64,000 nt of DNA from Lytechinus pictus (GCF_037042905.1 NC_087245.1:35838001-35902000); one strand, 5' to 3'; shown: positions 25,763 through 38,748, numbered from the stretch's first letter. Notes: generated from the sequence alone by a model not told the origin. Numbers and translations: made by a program.

Positions 25763-26346
25763 AGGAGATTGAAACCCTTGAAACCAGCTGAATCCATATC
25801 AAAGAGAAAAATCAAAGAAACATATTGTTGAAAGTTTGAGGAAGATTGAATGAATAATAAGAAAGTTATGAGCATTTGAGTATTGAGATCACTAGTGCCA
25901 TGTAGATCCTCCCATCGGCAATGCGACCAAGATCTGTGATATCACACACGTACAACTCCCTCATTACTTTAGTACTTATTTCACGTATATTCTCACTTTT
26001 ATAGAGTCTATAAACAAGGTGAGGTGTTCTCTTTATGAGATGACAAGTACAGAGGTTTCACAACATTATATCATTGATGAATCGTTTGTCATATGATTAT
26101 AATGAGCAAAAAGAGATGTTTTGGGGTATATTTTCAGTGTCCAAATGGGAGAGTTGTACGTGTGTGACATCACAGATCTTGGTCGCATTGCCGATGGGAG
26201 GATCTCCATAGCATTAGTGATCTCGACATTCAAATGCTCATAACTCTTTTATTGCTAGTCCTATTTTACTCAAAGTTTTGTTGATCTTATTCTTTGATTT
26301 TTCTGCTTTCACAAAAGCTAACTTGCTCCAAGAGTTTCATTCTCCT
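25763..26346. mobile_element. Kolobok-like non-autonomous element, TTAA-flanked, long palindromic arms
   Basis: ttaa|aggaga ... tctcct|ttaa; near-perfect internal inverted repeat gatcctcccatcggcaatgcgaccaagatctgtga / tcacagatcttggtcgcattgccgatgggaggatc. Confidence 0.8.
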
Positions 26347-26546
26347 TTAAAGTCTTTCAAGAATAAAGCACAGCACGAAATATTCTGGCAAATTCGTCTG
26401 GAATCGTTCCCAAATCAAATCAAATATTTTCGTATTGTTTGTTTGTTTGTTTTTATTTTCATATAAAAAATAAACATAAATGAAATACATGAAAATCAAG
26501 AAAATATTTGTAATGGAGAATGGCCCATTTCAGCGACATATACAAG

Positions 26547-27036
26547 GGTTACACTTCGTAATTCCGAAGGTTCTTTATTCCGAAGGTTCGTAATTCCGAA
26601 ACACGTAAATTGCCTATACCTCGATGTTCGTTAATCCGAAAAATTAAAAGGGTTCGTTAATCCGAACATTTGTGGCGTTATTCCGAAGGTTCGTTATTCC
26701 GAAGGTTCTATAATCCGAAAACGAAATAAAGTTCGTTGTTCCGAAGGTTCTTTAATCCGAAAACAAAATAAGGTTCGTTGTTCCGAAGGTTCATAAGTCC
26801 GAAAACGAAATAAGGTTCGTTAATCATTTCGTTTTCGGACTAACGATCCTTCGGAATTTCGAACGTCATTTCGTTTTCGGATTAACGAAACTTCGGAATT
26901 ACGAACCTCACTTCGTTTTCGGACTAACGAACCTTCGGAATTACGAACCTTCGGAAATACGAACCTTCGGAATAACGAACCTTCGGAATATCCGAACCTT
27001 CGGAATAACGAAGCTTCGGAATTACGAATGTATGCG
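26547..27036. mobile_element. Foldback/MULE-like element with tandem-repeat inverted arms and a 9-bp TSD
   Basis: Left arm of ttccgaaggttcgt units, right arm of acgaaccttcggaa units; atatacaag at 26538-26546 and 27037-27045. Confidence 0.8.
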
Positions 27037-27200
27037 ATATACAAGACACCAGTTGTTCCCTTTTTCCCCTCAAACTAAAAATAGAGCTAAAGACAAGCTA
27101 CATTGCATCCTTTGCGAATTATTTTCATGACTCATTCAACCAGATGGAATTACAGTAATTATGATTTAATGCAATTCTTAGCCATACTAAATAGACTTAA

Positions 27201-27457
27201 CCCGTTTTCAGTAACTCGTGATTTTTTGGTCCGCACCAGGCCTGCACTATAATAGTCCGCACCACAATCGTTCAGTAACTGTAGCAGATCCGCGCTACTT
27301 TTTACGCTACTTTTACGATGGTACTGGCCTGGTGCGGATAAAAGCAGCAGTGAACCCGGACATGGAGCAGGTTATTTTAGCCCGCGGCAATTATAAACTC
27401 AACATTTTACGACTTAACCCAGGTCTGGTCTGGACCAGCGAGTTACCGAAATCGGTA
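27201..27457. mobile_element. Small MITE
   Basis: Inverted termini ccgttttcagtaactcg / cgagttaccgaaatcgg; internal ggtccgcaccagg / cctggtgcgga. Confidence 0.55.
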
Positions 27458-27621
27458 TAATTTTACAACTTAGCCCGGGACTGGTCCGGATCATTCTGGA
27501 AGCGGTATTAATCGTCTTAATGGCCTTGGAAAGAAGAATTGTCAATTTCTGCTAATGTATAATATAGACGGAAGGCATTTAACATAAATGCTTGAATCTA
27601 TCAAAATTTCATTATTTAGTA

Positions 27622-27885
27622 GAGGTGTTGTGGATAAGTCTCCGGACTTTGAGCTACAAGGTCGGGGATTTGAATCCCACCGCAACACTTGCGTCCATAG
27701 GCAAGGCGTTTGTCTACATTTGCCACTCTCCACCCAGGTGTAGTAAATGTGTACGCGGTAGGAAGAAATTCCTTGAATGCTAGAGCATCTAGTAATGGCA
27801 GCCGTGCTAAAACCAGGTAGTAATATGCAGCGCTTAGAAACACAGTATTAAGTGGTATATAAATGCTGCATTTTATTATTAATAA
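27622..27885 (+). mobile_element. tRNA-derived SINE, CORE-like centre, L2-type tail
   Basis: ggatttgaatccc B-box variant; ccacccaggtgtagtaaatg; tail gcgcttagaaac..gtattaagtggtatataaatgc..ttattatt. Confidence 0.75.
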
Positions 27886-28199
27886 TAATGATAATAATAA
27901 TGAAAATAAATGATATGTCTATTTATACAACGCATGCAGTTACTTTGTGCATATACTCAACTGCGCTTTGATATTTGGTATCAAAATCATTACCCCGGCT
28001 GTAGCTGAGCCGCCATATCAATATGCGCTGAAGCGTTCAAGAAATAAATCCCACCGGGTACCCATTTACCTCACTTGGGTCGAGTGCGGCACAAAGTGGA
28101 TAATTTTCTTGCCGAAGGAATTTACGCCATGGCTGGGATTCGAACCCACGAGCCTCTGTTTCAAAGTCCGCAGACTAATCCACTGGGCTACAACGCTCC
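27885..28199 (-). mobile_element. tRNA-derived SINE, tail-to-tail with the previous one
   Basis: Minus strand ggagcgttgtagcccagtggattagtctgcggactttgaaac..gggttcgaatccc, then gacccaagtgaggtaaatgggtacccgg. Confidence 0.8.
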
Positions 28200-28584
28200 A
28201 TTGATTTGATTTTCTAGTTGAAGGTTTCTATTCTTGATTCGATTACCTATTTTTCCAAAAGCTCTATTATCATCTAATAATAAACGCAATATATTTCTAA
28301 AAATGATTTTGATAGAAAACTCTGATTCTTGACCTTGTTTCTTAGTGAATATGATATAATAATTTCAATCACGTTCCTTCTGTGCCGTGTGTCAAAATGT
28401 ACTGAAGGAGATACCATGTAATATGACTAGCCTACATAATGTATTCATATAGCTATCCATAATTTCATAATCAGTCATAAATAGCCACTTTATTCATAAC
28501 GTTCAACAATTTGGTTATTTTTTCTCATCAAACACCATGTTTATGTTGGGGTCGACGATTTTAGCCATTGCCACTGATTGACGA

Positions 28585-28722
28585 GGGGCATTTCATGAAG
28601 CATTTGTGGGCGATTTTCCATTGACGACTTCGCTCTCAGCCAATTAGATTACAAGATTTCAGTAACTTTTAACAAGTGTCAGAGGAAATCAGTGACAAGG
28701 CATGCTCATGAAATGCATCCCG
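28585..28722. mobile_element. Harbinger-like MITE
   Basis: ggggcatttcatgaagcat / atgctcatgaaatgcatccc termini; central ctcagccaat. Confidence 0.55.
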
Positions 28723-30088
28723 AGTTCTATTGATGAAAGTGGTGTTAGGGATTCAACCTTATTCCCTATGCTATCCCCTATTGTTATGCACAATTAAGGC
28801 CTGGGTCTGAATAAACCACTGTTAGGCTCCAGTGCACTCTTCCTGGCTTAACAGGTGGAACATTTTTGCATTGGGTCGGTTGCCCAAGCACTTAGGCTTC
28901 ACTATCTGCTCAGAAGTCAAACAGGGAGGACCTATGGCATGTATGGGTCAATTATTGGTTCAGAAATGCTGTTGGAAAATTAAAGTTTTTAGACTTGAAT
29001 TTAGGGCAGATAGCGCTGCATTTTCCATGTCAAAGCATCAAGAACATTACTGCTGAGAATTGAGGCCTTCCTGATGATTTCCTGCCTTTAGTCACAGATG
29101 TCAAACTGTAAGTGAAAATGATTTTGATTACTGTTCATTTTGTATTTTGATTGAGTCATTGAGAAAGTCAATGTCATTAAACGGACCATTGAATTTTATA
29201 TAAAAGACAAGAGTGTTAGTTTATAAACTATCTCCAATTTAATTAATGAAGAAGTTGAGTTGTTCCAGGACACATATTTATTAACTTTTTTTATCTCAGA
29301 AATGGGAAAGGATTTTCTAAAAGAAATGCCTTTTAGGAAGAAGTTATTTTTTTGTTATATGTGAAACATTTTTAGGACTGATCATGCTTATTAATCAGTT
29401 GTGAAATTACATATGAGTATTTTGAAGATTGGAAGATATTATTCCTTTGAATACAGGAATTAATCTAGGGGATTACATATATGAATATTGTGAAGATTTA
29501 AAGATATTATTCCTTAGATTATTTATAGTTTGGGTATAATGTTTGTTTTTTAGATGGGTTCCAATTCTGGTTCTGAGTTTGGTTCCAAGTCTGGTTCCAA
29601 CTGCCGTTCCAATTGCCGTTCCAGTAGCCGTTCCGGTCCCATTCCCGACTCCGGCTTTACCATGATTATGACTGTCAAATCCCACCATGGACAAGACTTC
29701 TAAAGAGAGTCAGAGAGGGAAGACAGATTCGTCGTCGATTCGTCAGTATCAATGAACATTGAACTGGAGTGATTTTTCACCGCATATTAGTGGGCTACTT
29801 TGTATGTTATTTCAAAGAATTGTATATGTTATTTGTACTCTGAAACAAAGCCATTGAATTATCGTTCTAGCCTGAATACAGCTAGTTTTAATAAATTCTT
29901 TAAACTGTATTTTAATGTTCATGTAATTATTTCATTTAATGTCCTCTTGAGTTACTTGGGTGTGACAATTGGTTGCGAGAAATGATTGTGTGTCCTCTTC
30001 GGTTGACTTGGGTGTGACAAGTGTTTTTTTTGTTCATTTTTGTTCGTTGTTCGAAAACATGAATTAATTGCTATGACGTAATCGTTAC

Positions 30089-30316
30089 ACACTTAAAATG
30101 TTGGGCAACATACTGTCCACTGTGTTGGGTAATGTATGTTGGTTAAAAAATAGAGGCCTATATTCTGGGCAATTATCCAATTGAGCAAATGTATTACCCA
30201 ATTATTAGTCTATTATTGCACAATTTGGACAGATTTTAACCAATAGTTGTGTGGACAGTATGTTGCCGAGTGATGGTTAAAAATTGGGCCCTTTTTGCAC
30301 AACCTTTTTAAGAGTG
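30089..30316. mobile_element. EnSpm-like (CAC...GTG) MITE, family B
   Basis: ta|cacacttaaaatgttgggcaacatactgtccac ... gtggacagtatgttgcc ... ttaagagtg|ta; further copies at ~41270-41466 and ~61467-61664. Confidence 0.65.
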
Positions 30317-31364
30317 TAAATGAAAGTAATAATGTCACATTCACACCAGTAAGCTGACCGCAGACCGATCAAATCTATTACATTATTTCAAATAGCATAC
30401 GATCGATCGGTGTGGAGTCTGCTTTGTTGATGTGACTGAAGCCTTGGACTCATTCTAGAGCTAACAGTAAATACATAGGCATCGCACACAACCTGAGTCC
30501 CTTTGCTTTGAAAATTTGCAATCAACCACTGGTCCAACGTCAACCATGATAACTCGACTTCCAATGAATAAAAACTCACATTTTGGAACGCATGGTGGAT
30601 CTTTTTGCAACGGGCTTCTGGGCTATGAACAGTTACCCAGACGACGCCATTTTTTTCAGAAAAGTGATAATCATGACTTATGGAGTGACGTCAGACTGTC
30701 TTGAAAATTGGAAAAAGGAACGGCGTTTAAGATAATTATGAGCAAGGCATTATTTAAAAAAAAATCTTAGAAAACAAGACAACTGAACTTTCGTCTACCT
30801 TGTATGTGGGGACAGTTTGACTTTTACCTATACTAAAGTCTTTCGTGGTATTTAGAATTCTCTGGAACATTTCCGTGATGTAAGTCCCTATTATTGCGTT
30901 TAGCTCTCTTTCTTTCTCTGGGTTGATTAAACCAGAAACTGAAGACACCGTTTAAAGGAAAACAAATAAATATTGTTCCTATCCCACGATAACTGATCTA
31001 TATGAAACGAATTCGGAGATTAGTAACCATTGCCTATAATTCCCCGTCATTGGATTAATAGGGAGTTTTTGTTACTGGATGGTATTAAGCTTGGAGAACG
31101 GTGGAGCACAGAAATGCGAGCTTTGTGAATTCATGAGAATAATCCAGCGCGTAAGGGAACACGGTACACTCCTGGTAACCTTCTGCAGACCCCCCCCCCC
31201 CCTTAAAGAAGAAGAAGTTAATTCAGGAACCTGGTTGAACGCTGCGATCGATGCACTATGCATGATGTTGGCAGGTGCGATTATAGCATTTGACCATCTG
31301 AACATGGACTTTGGTGTTCACTCAGCTCCCGTCCGATCCCAAGCATGAAAAAGCTTCCGTCCAG

Positions 31365-31613
31365 GGGAGCGTTTCATGAAAGGACTTGTCGGACGTTTTA
31401 TCCGACAAGTCCCATTTTATCTGACAGTTACCATAGTAACAGTACCTCTCAGCCAATCAACATCAGAGAAAGATGTCAGATCTGACAACTAGTCGGATGA
31501 AAATGTTGATGAAACACTCCCCAGTGGGTGTTTCTTAAAGCTGTTCATTAAGTTACGCACAACGTTACGTTAAGTTTGGCGTAACTTTACAAACAGCTTT
31601 GAGAAACACCCAC
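31365..31613. mobile_element. Two adjacent Harbinger-like MITEs (31365-31521, 31525-31613) just downstream of the K2P stop codon
   Basis: cag|gggagcgtttcatgaa...gatgaaacactccc|cag and tgggtgtttcttaaagctgtt / aacagctttgagaaacaccca; 3-bp cag flanks. Confidence 0.7.
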
Positions 31614-31651
31614 CAGGAACTAAAACTCCATGTGCGCTATAACTTATTGGA

Positions 31652-33204
31652 TCAATCCTTGATGATGCCGATTCTTCGTCCAAAACCTTTAACTATGAAT
31701 ATAAACTTTTTAATGATGAGAGCAATACACATCGACGTCACTGCCATACCGATCATTGTATACACACAGCAAGCGATTAAGCTAGTCAAATTTGTGTCAG
31801 GTACTAGATCACCAAAACCAATGGTAGTTAGTGTGATAAAACAGAAATAGAATGCGTCGAAGAAATCCCAGTTGTTCTCTAACATAGAGAATAAAATGGC
31901 ACCGGAGGTTATGTAGCTAAATAGAAGGAGTAAGACGGGCCACATTGGGATATCAGCTACCTCAAGGCTCCTTGTACCCCGTCCTTCGCTAGTGTCTGAT
32001 TCACTACCTTCATAGATTGTTCCTAATTCATCATCGAGCTGATCCCCTCGACGACCTTTCTTTTTCCGTTTACCCTTTCCCTTTCGGCCACCTTCACGTA
32101 CGACCTCAGCCTCTGGTTGAACAGGAAGTGGACGAGGATCGAAACCTTTATTTGCGATGTCGTGAAGGAGTTTGGTGTTTTCCCCACAAGATAACTCGGG
32201 TAGAGCAAAAGCCAAGTCTTCGCGACTACTACCAAGAATCTTGTCATAAGTGGCTAAACGTATTGCAAGAGTAGAGTCTATAAGCTTTAGCTTTCTATGA
32301 TGGTGTAATGAATAAAGACTTGGTGGTTTCATTAGAATCTTTTTCCGCGCTCTCCGCTTCCTTGGAAAAGTGTTACCATGTCTATGATTGACTCCAAGAT
32401 TGGAGCGATCAAGAGAAGCATTACCTTCACTCTGAGCATAGTCCCTTCGTCGTTTCCGACGTTTTTCTGCTCTAGGATAGGTCTGCGACCCTGACTGATT
32501 ATACCTTGACGCTGATGAGCTTTGTCTTGATATACTCTTCTGTTCTGAAGGTGGTCGACTTGAATCACCTTCACTTCCGTCTCCTTCCTTCCTCTCCTCC
32601 CCCTCGCTGCTTCCTTTATCAAACTGACGGAATTCAATGCACGACTGCTGTCGAGGGAAAGACGAACGATTTTGTTTCCCGCTACCCAACTCAACACTCG
32701 ACTCTGCGCGACTGGTTGTCGGGAATGGCTGCGAGCTGGCGGAATCATAACTGTCACTCTTTGCAAGCGATGGCGATCGCCTGTCCGTCTCTGACGCGGT
32801 GCAGAGTGAAGCTGTATCACTCTTAGTATCGTCGACTGATCCTTGACCAATCTCTTCACTGATGGGACGAGGAAGATTGATCAAGGATTGTTGACGTGGT
32901 GTACTACCAAGACTACGACGAGAGCTCTGTGTGTCCGAAAACACATCCTCCTCTTCATCATTGCCTTCTGCTAATCTATCGGCCATCTCATTCGATTCTG
33001 CGTAAGGGGGTGGTAATCTAGGATCACTTGAGGATACTATATCCATGTTGAGAGATAAAGGACGTTGGTTGGTTAGTTTGGTCTGATTGTCCATGTTAAC
33101 GATTGTTTGGCGATGAGACTGAGAATTCTTCTTGTTCCCCCTTTTTGATCCCTTTCGAACTTTCTTCTGGCTTGAAGGAGCCCCCTTGGCTGATTTGGTG
33201 CTAC
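31652..33204 (-). CDS. Two-pore-domain K+ channel (TRESK/KCNK18- or TWK-like), terminal exon: long M2-M3 loop, M3, P2, M4
   Basis: Polypyrimidine tract..acatag acceptor at 33205-33206; WDFFDAFYFCFITLTTIGFGDLVP second pore motif; hydrophobic M3 and M4; very short C-terminus. Confidence 0.95.
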
Positions 33205-33802
33205 CTATGTGTTTTGAAAAAAGGAGAGAAATCAGTTTATAATAAGCATGTCTGCAAGAATAGTTGTGGGTATTTTTTGTTTATTTATTTATTACGTCTT
33301 ATTTTATCACGGTACATGACTCTGTCAGTGGGTCAAACACTGTTATACTTAGAGGCCCTGAAATACAATAACGAAAATACATTAGAAAAACAACAACAAC
33401 ATGTACATGAAACTTATTGTCAACTACAAATAGTTCTAAGAGTGGAGTCAGCAACCTCATGGTGTCTGGCATGTGAATTTGTTTATTGTTATTGATATTT
33501 AAATATATATATGATGTATTTTACTGTATTTGTCGTATTGTATACTGTATTTTGTATTGTCGTTGTCCAGAGTCAAGAGATTTTGATGCTGTCCCGGTCC
33601 ACCAACTTTCGACAAAAACGTCTCTCCATTGTGATTTGACTTTCATTCATAAAGGAATTTGTGCGTTGTAGAGAGATTCTCCGTAGTTAAAGCGAAATGT
33701 CCGAAATGACGAGAAATGGAGAGGTAGGCGGGAAAGTGGGAGGTAGAGAGAAAGGGGTATAGGGAAGGGAAATTGAGTCAGTCAATAAATGTAAACCTGT
33801 AC

Positions 33803-34048
33803 CTTTTCGCTGTAATGTTTTCTTTGCTTGTTTTTTCCTCTTCTTTTTCTTTTTGGTTTTGTTCCTCTTTCCGCACCGAAGTCTCTTGCAGAGTCGACTG
33901 GTGTACATTCTGTAGAGTAGCCGAGCTGATGTCGCCATCACTCGGCCAACATTGGTCAGGACTAATAACATGAGAGGAATACCGAGCAATGCGTAGAACA
34001 TGCAGAATAGCTTGCCTATTATCGTCAGCGGTGAGACATGTCCGTATC
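33803..34048 (-). CDS. K2P channel internal exon: end of P1 and M2
   Basis: ctccgcag acceptor; (G)YGHVSPLTIIGKLFCMFYALLGIPLMLLVLTNVG; AAAG|gtacag donor, phase 1, joins in frame to the terminal exon. Confidence 0.93.
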
Positions 34049-36971
34049 CTGCGGAGAATAAAAAAATAAAAAAAGAGAACAGTCAATTAACAGTTATTAT
34101 ACCAATGAAATATAATCACGAATGTGACTATATTATAAGGACTTTAATCGTGATTATGTTAACTTAGTGATAAGAAAGTGCAGATTGTCATATTCAGGTA
34201 GGTAGTTATTACTATACCGTGTGATTAAAATAAAATACCTCAAAATCTCCAATTAAAAGGGGGAAATGTGTCATGAACATACCTTTATTGTATATGGCCT
34301 GAAAGAATGATTTCTCCCAAATAATTTGATACCATATTCATGTGGAATGAGTTAACGCTTGTATGATAATGAAGTATTTATCGCAGTGATGTAAATTTTG
34401 ATTTGCGCCAAAGCAAGGCATGGCTGCAAAAAATGAGAATGAATCAAGATTTCAATGATGTCATAATACTACAAGGATTGCGTTAAGATCCATTTCAAAA
34501 AATCGTTTTAGTGATTTACGTTATAATTGTTTAATAAACACTTTTTAGTATCAATTCTCAAGTTAATCTTCATTGAAAAGGGATTTGCAAATATGTTTAC
34601 CAACTCATGTAGATTTATTGCATCATTCGCATCTGGGCTTCATTCATTCATTGCAGTCATGCCTTGCTTTGGCGCAAATAAAAATTTACATCACTGCCAA
34701 GAATACAGTGCCTACTGTTATCCAAGCGTGAAGACATTTGTGTGAGTTGAAATTTTTTTAAACTCTCATGGTAGAATAATTTGATTAAATTCATGCTCAT
34801 TTTCATCTTGTTTTTTGTTGGATATTTATTGATTATCTTTAGGTCGGATGATTATGACACTAGACTCAAAACAATCATTGAAAAATGATTGTTTTGTCTT
34901 CAGATAAGATTTTGTCATTTCTTTCTTTTCAAGAAAAAAAAGTTAATTCTAAGCAGTGGTCAATGAACCCAAGTAATTGTTGCGGGTGCCAAACATTGTA
35001 AAATGAGCAAAACTTCAAGAATGTTGTGAGCGGGCGAAGCGAGCGAGCAAATATGTTGACCCTCTTAGTATGAATAGCTAATGTTGTGATATATTTCGAC
35101 AATTATATTAGAGAACGATATCATATTTCAACAATCCCCTTCCCTTTTCTGTCTTTTTACATTTTCTTGGTGGTTAAACCTTTTTTTTTTTTGGGGGGGG
35201 GGCGAGGGGCTGGTCCCACCTCCTCCCATTGATACGCCAGTGATTTGAAGGATATATGACTGCACCCCTTGTCATTGTCTCTTCAAAACGTGAGGTCGCT
35301 CGTGTAATGAAAAAAAACGAAGAGGTAAAAAGTAAATATATCAACACGAAACTCAACAATTAAAGAAATCTGGATTGCAGCATTCGAATGTCTTTGGAAT
35401 TAGATTAATTTGAATCATTTTTAAATAAGACGCATCAGTCTTCTATTTTTTTAGGGGGGGGGGGGGTGTGGTTAAAACGGTCATACGTTAGAAGGGTAAC
35501 TTTCAAATATACAATAAGATAGGATCATGTGAACAAGACTAGCATCAATGATCACGCAAAGGAATATTGCTTTTGAGAATATCCAGATGTACTATTATTT
35601 ACTATTCAAATTGCCTCATAAAGTTCGTGCTAATCGTAAATAAAACGAAGCTTTGTTATAACCATAAGCTCTCCCTCATGCAATGGTGAATTGATCGGTT
35701 GCTCTGTTTTTATTCCAGTCCATGTTGCCAATTTAATGTTGATCCGTACCAGACATTAGCGAACAGTCAACTATATAAATCATTGTAAATTCTAAGTTTG
35801 AAGTAATGCCTTTACCACACAATGGCATACCTTAATTGGAAGCCTCGTCAGAAGGAGCAAACATTTTTGAAGAGCCAAAAAAAAAAAAGAATAACAAATA
35901 AAAATAAATGAAATTGGGGAGAGGGTACAAAAAGAAAGAAAATAATCAACAGTTTTTCTAGAGGTGCATCATTAAGCCACCACCCCCGTGCGCTAGTGCT
36001 CCCATGTTTGAAATATTCATCAGAATATTTCCTCATTTATTGGAGTGATTCTCATCTTACAAATTTATTTCAGCATCCCAACGCACATGTATTTATTTTT
36101 TATTTTATTCATTTATTTTTTTTACATAGAAATATGACTCTTTAACCCTCCATCCATCCGAGGAGAGGGGGGGGGGTATTTTGACAAGTGCCTCGATTGC
36201 ATTGTGAAACACAACCGTTCCCTTTTAATAAGTGCGGACTCAAAAACACGATAAAGGAAAGTCGTTCCCTTCAGGTAAATGCACATTCAGGATATACGAT
36301 GTATTCTGATCATTGGAAAGGAGATAAAAGCAACCGCGTATGCTTTATACATTCATAGCATCAAAATCAGAAATGCGAATACCCGATAACAAGGCATAAA
36401 TGTACTAACATTTAGCCAATGTAAACAATCGACGTAAAAATTCATCACCGTAATTTCTAGAGGGTATTTTTCAAAATCAGAGACGATAAAGATTATAATT
36501 ATGTGGTTATCTGCAGGCTGGGGTTTGGACTCAAGACTACGGCTGCAGGGACGTGACGTGTTGATTTCCGCCAGTCTTATATTTCATATCAGCGAACATA
36601 ATAAAGATTCCCGCTCGTAATAAATAAAAGGATCATACCGTTCTTTTGCTATTCTCTTCCACCAAAATGTCAGACACATTACCCTTATTCCAGGGACATC
36701 CTTATTAAGGTATTTACGCCGCAAACTTCAAAATGCATTCCTAAGCAGTTAAATGGAGTAATGTGCCTGCCTGGACCAGTAACCTATAGGCCTCTATTCG
36801 CATTCTCTGTCCTGTTTCAATTTTATACACACCTCTCTACCCATCCAGTGTATCCCCACAGGGAGAAAATTGATTGTAATACAGCCGGTAAGAGCGAGGG
36901 AGTGTTAAAGAAGGAAAGATGAAAAAGAAAGAAATGAAATGAGTGTGATATAACATCCAGAGTCAATAAAC

Positions 36972-37225
36972 GGGTCGTGTGGTCCAGTGGTTAGAGCATT
37001 GGACTCATAATCGCAAGGTTGTGAGTTCGAATCCCAACTCTGCCATTGTCTCCACTTTGATAATAAAGGCCTACGAGTGATATCTGTCGTCTATTACGTC
37101 AGCCACTATGACTGATTAACCTAGACGTAAACATGTTTCCAAGGTAATTGGTTATATACCAGCTTGGCGTTTACCAGCAAAATGCTGTCCTGCCGAGTTC
37201 CTACGGGAGTTACCACAAACAGAAA
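36972..37225 (+). mobile_element. tRNA-derived SINE
   Basis: gggtcgtgtggtccagtggttagagc..gagttcgaatccc head; acceptor stem does not pair and a non-tRNA body follows. Confidence 0.7.
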
Positions 37226-38504
37226 CATAATAAACAATGGATGGATACATATAAATAGATAGAGAGTGTGAGAGAGAAATAGAAAACGAGAAAGATAAAG
37301 AGATAACGATGAGAGAAAAATGATGGATGAAAATTAGAGGGAGAGGTACGTAAGACCGCCTTTCGTATCTTTCTTACCAAGAATCTTCAAATATACCTAC
37401 GCTTTTTTTATTTGTTAAAGGGGATCTAAAAAAAAGTTGCGTAAGAAAATGATAACGTAAAAATTAGATTTATCCCAATAACTTTTACAAAATCTAATGA
37501 AAACGAAGTTAGTCGACTAGTCTACCAAATTCTTTGGACGATAAAAAAAGAGCAATGATGAAGTGAGACGTAGAAAAAGGCTTCCTCGTACATGTACATG
37601 TATGTATGTTCCTGAAAGTTCCTCCAAGATATTAGGCTTATGACAATTTGAAAAGGATGAATTACATGGATAAGTATACTCCCTGCTGTAATTTCATCAT
37701 TTTTTTATCTTGCTTGTGTAGCAGAGCGCTATGAACAGGTTGCGCTTACACAATCATGATATAACCTGTGAAACAATTTTCTCATGGTATAGCAGCTATC
37801 ATTCACATTTTCACCATTCAAAAGGTGATGCGTACATGGGTGTTGAGCATCTTACAGTGGCACCCTCGCATCCAGCTTTCTTGGGGCGTCCCCGTTTGTC
37901 ATCGCCTCGTAATGTCACGGTAAGTTCGTTTGGTTTGGAGGTTGCTCTTACAATCATGTTCATTATTCACCTTTCTCTACACACTACATGATCACATTCA
38001 CCCCCCTCCCCCCGATATACACTCACACTCTCTCACCATTCCATTGTTCCCATGTCATATTCAATTATCATCAAATTCATTTGAAATTAATTTCATGAGG
38101 AATTAAAAGTTGCTTCATGAAATGGGAGGAGGAAGCTACGATAAAACATTGAACAAAATTGGATAAACCTTAAAAAAGTTATTTATGTTTTACAAAACTT
38201 TTGTGTACAGTTTAAATCTGTATTACACACACACACACACATAGGGAAGTCAAATTTGACGCATAGGTTATGTTTTATCATGAAGGGGATAAAGTCAATT
38301 ATACCCTACTTAATCTATAACGTAAATAGCCGAAACCCCTCCCCCCCCCGCTTTTCAATATTTTTTTAAAATTTAATCATATTTGTATTTATGAAGATAT
38401 ATAATGATGTGTTGTATGTTATATCTTGGTTACCACCCCAAGGTATACTTCGGAGAAAATCACAATTTTTTTTATAATAAAGGAGATAACAATTGGAGAA
38501 CATA

Positions 38505-38748
38505 CACTGCAAAAACTCCGGTGTTGATTTAACACCAGCCCGGAATCTATATATATGTCCACACCAGAGAAGTATTGAAACAACACCAGTTTGGAATCAA
38601 ACCGATGCTGTTTTAATTCTAATTGGTGTTGTATAAACACCTATTTGGTGTTAGACCAAAACGAAACTGGTGTTGTTTAACACTTCTCTGGTTTGGACAT
38701 ATATAGATTCTGGGCTGGTGTTAAATCAACATCAGAGATTTGGCAGTG
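38505..38748. mobile_element. EnSpm-like palindromic MITE, family A
   Basis: ta|cactgcaaaaactccggtgttgatttaacaccag ... ctggtgttaaatcaacatcagagatttggcagtg|ta. Confidence 0.8.

Noticed and set aside
26547..27036. CRISPR-like array
   Set aside because: No unique spacers; the arms are inverted; eukaryotic context
28855..29703. Exon-like pieces on + (donor gtaagt at ~29108; acceptor at 29553 followed by 12-bp repeats)
   Set aside because: No convincing continuous reading frame or recognisable product
32017..32859. Alternate-frame and antisense ORFs inside the K2P exon (also inside 10274-11332 and the LINE)
   Set aside because: Shadow ORFs of real coding sequence with no independent signal
36972..37046. 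tRNA-Met-like gene (CAT in the anticodon position)
   Set aside because: Acceptor and anticodon stems do not pair and a SINE-like body follows; the same applies to the heads at ~928, 16165 and 28199
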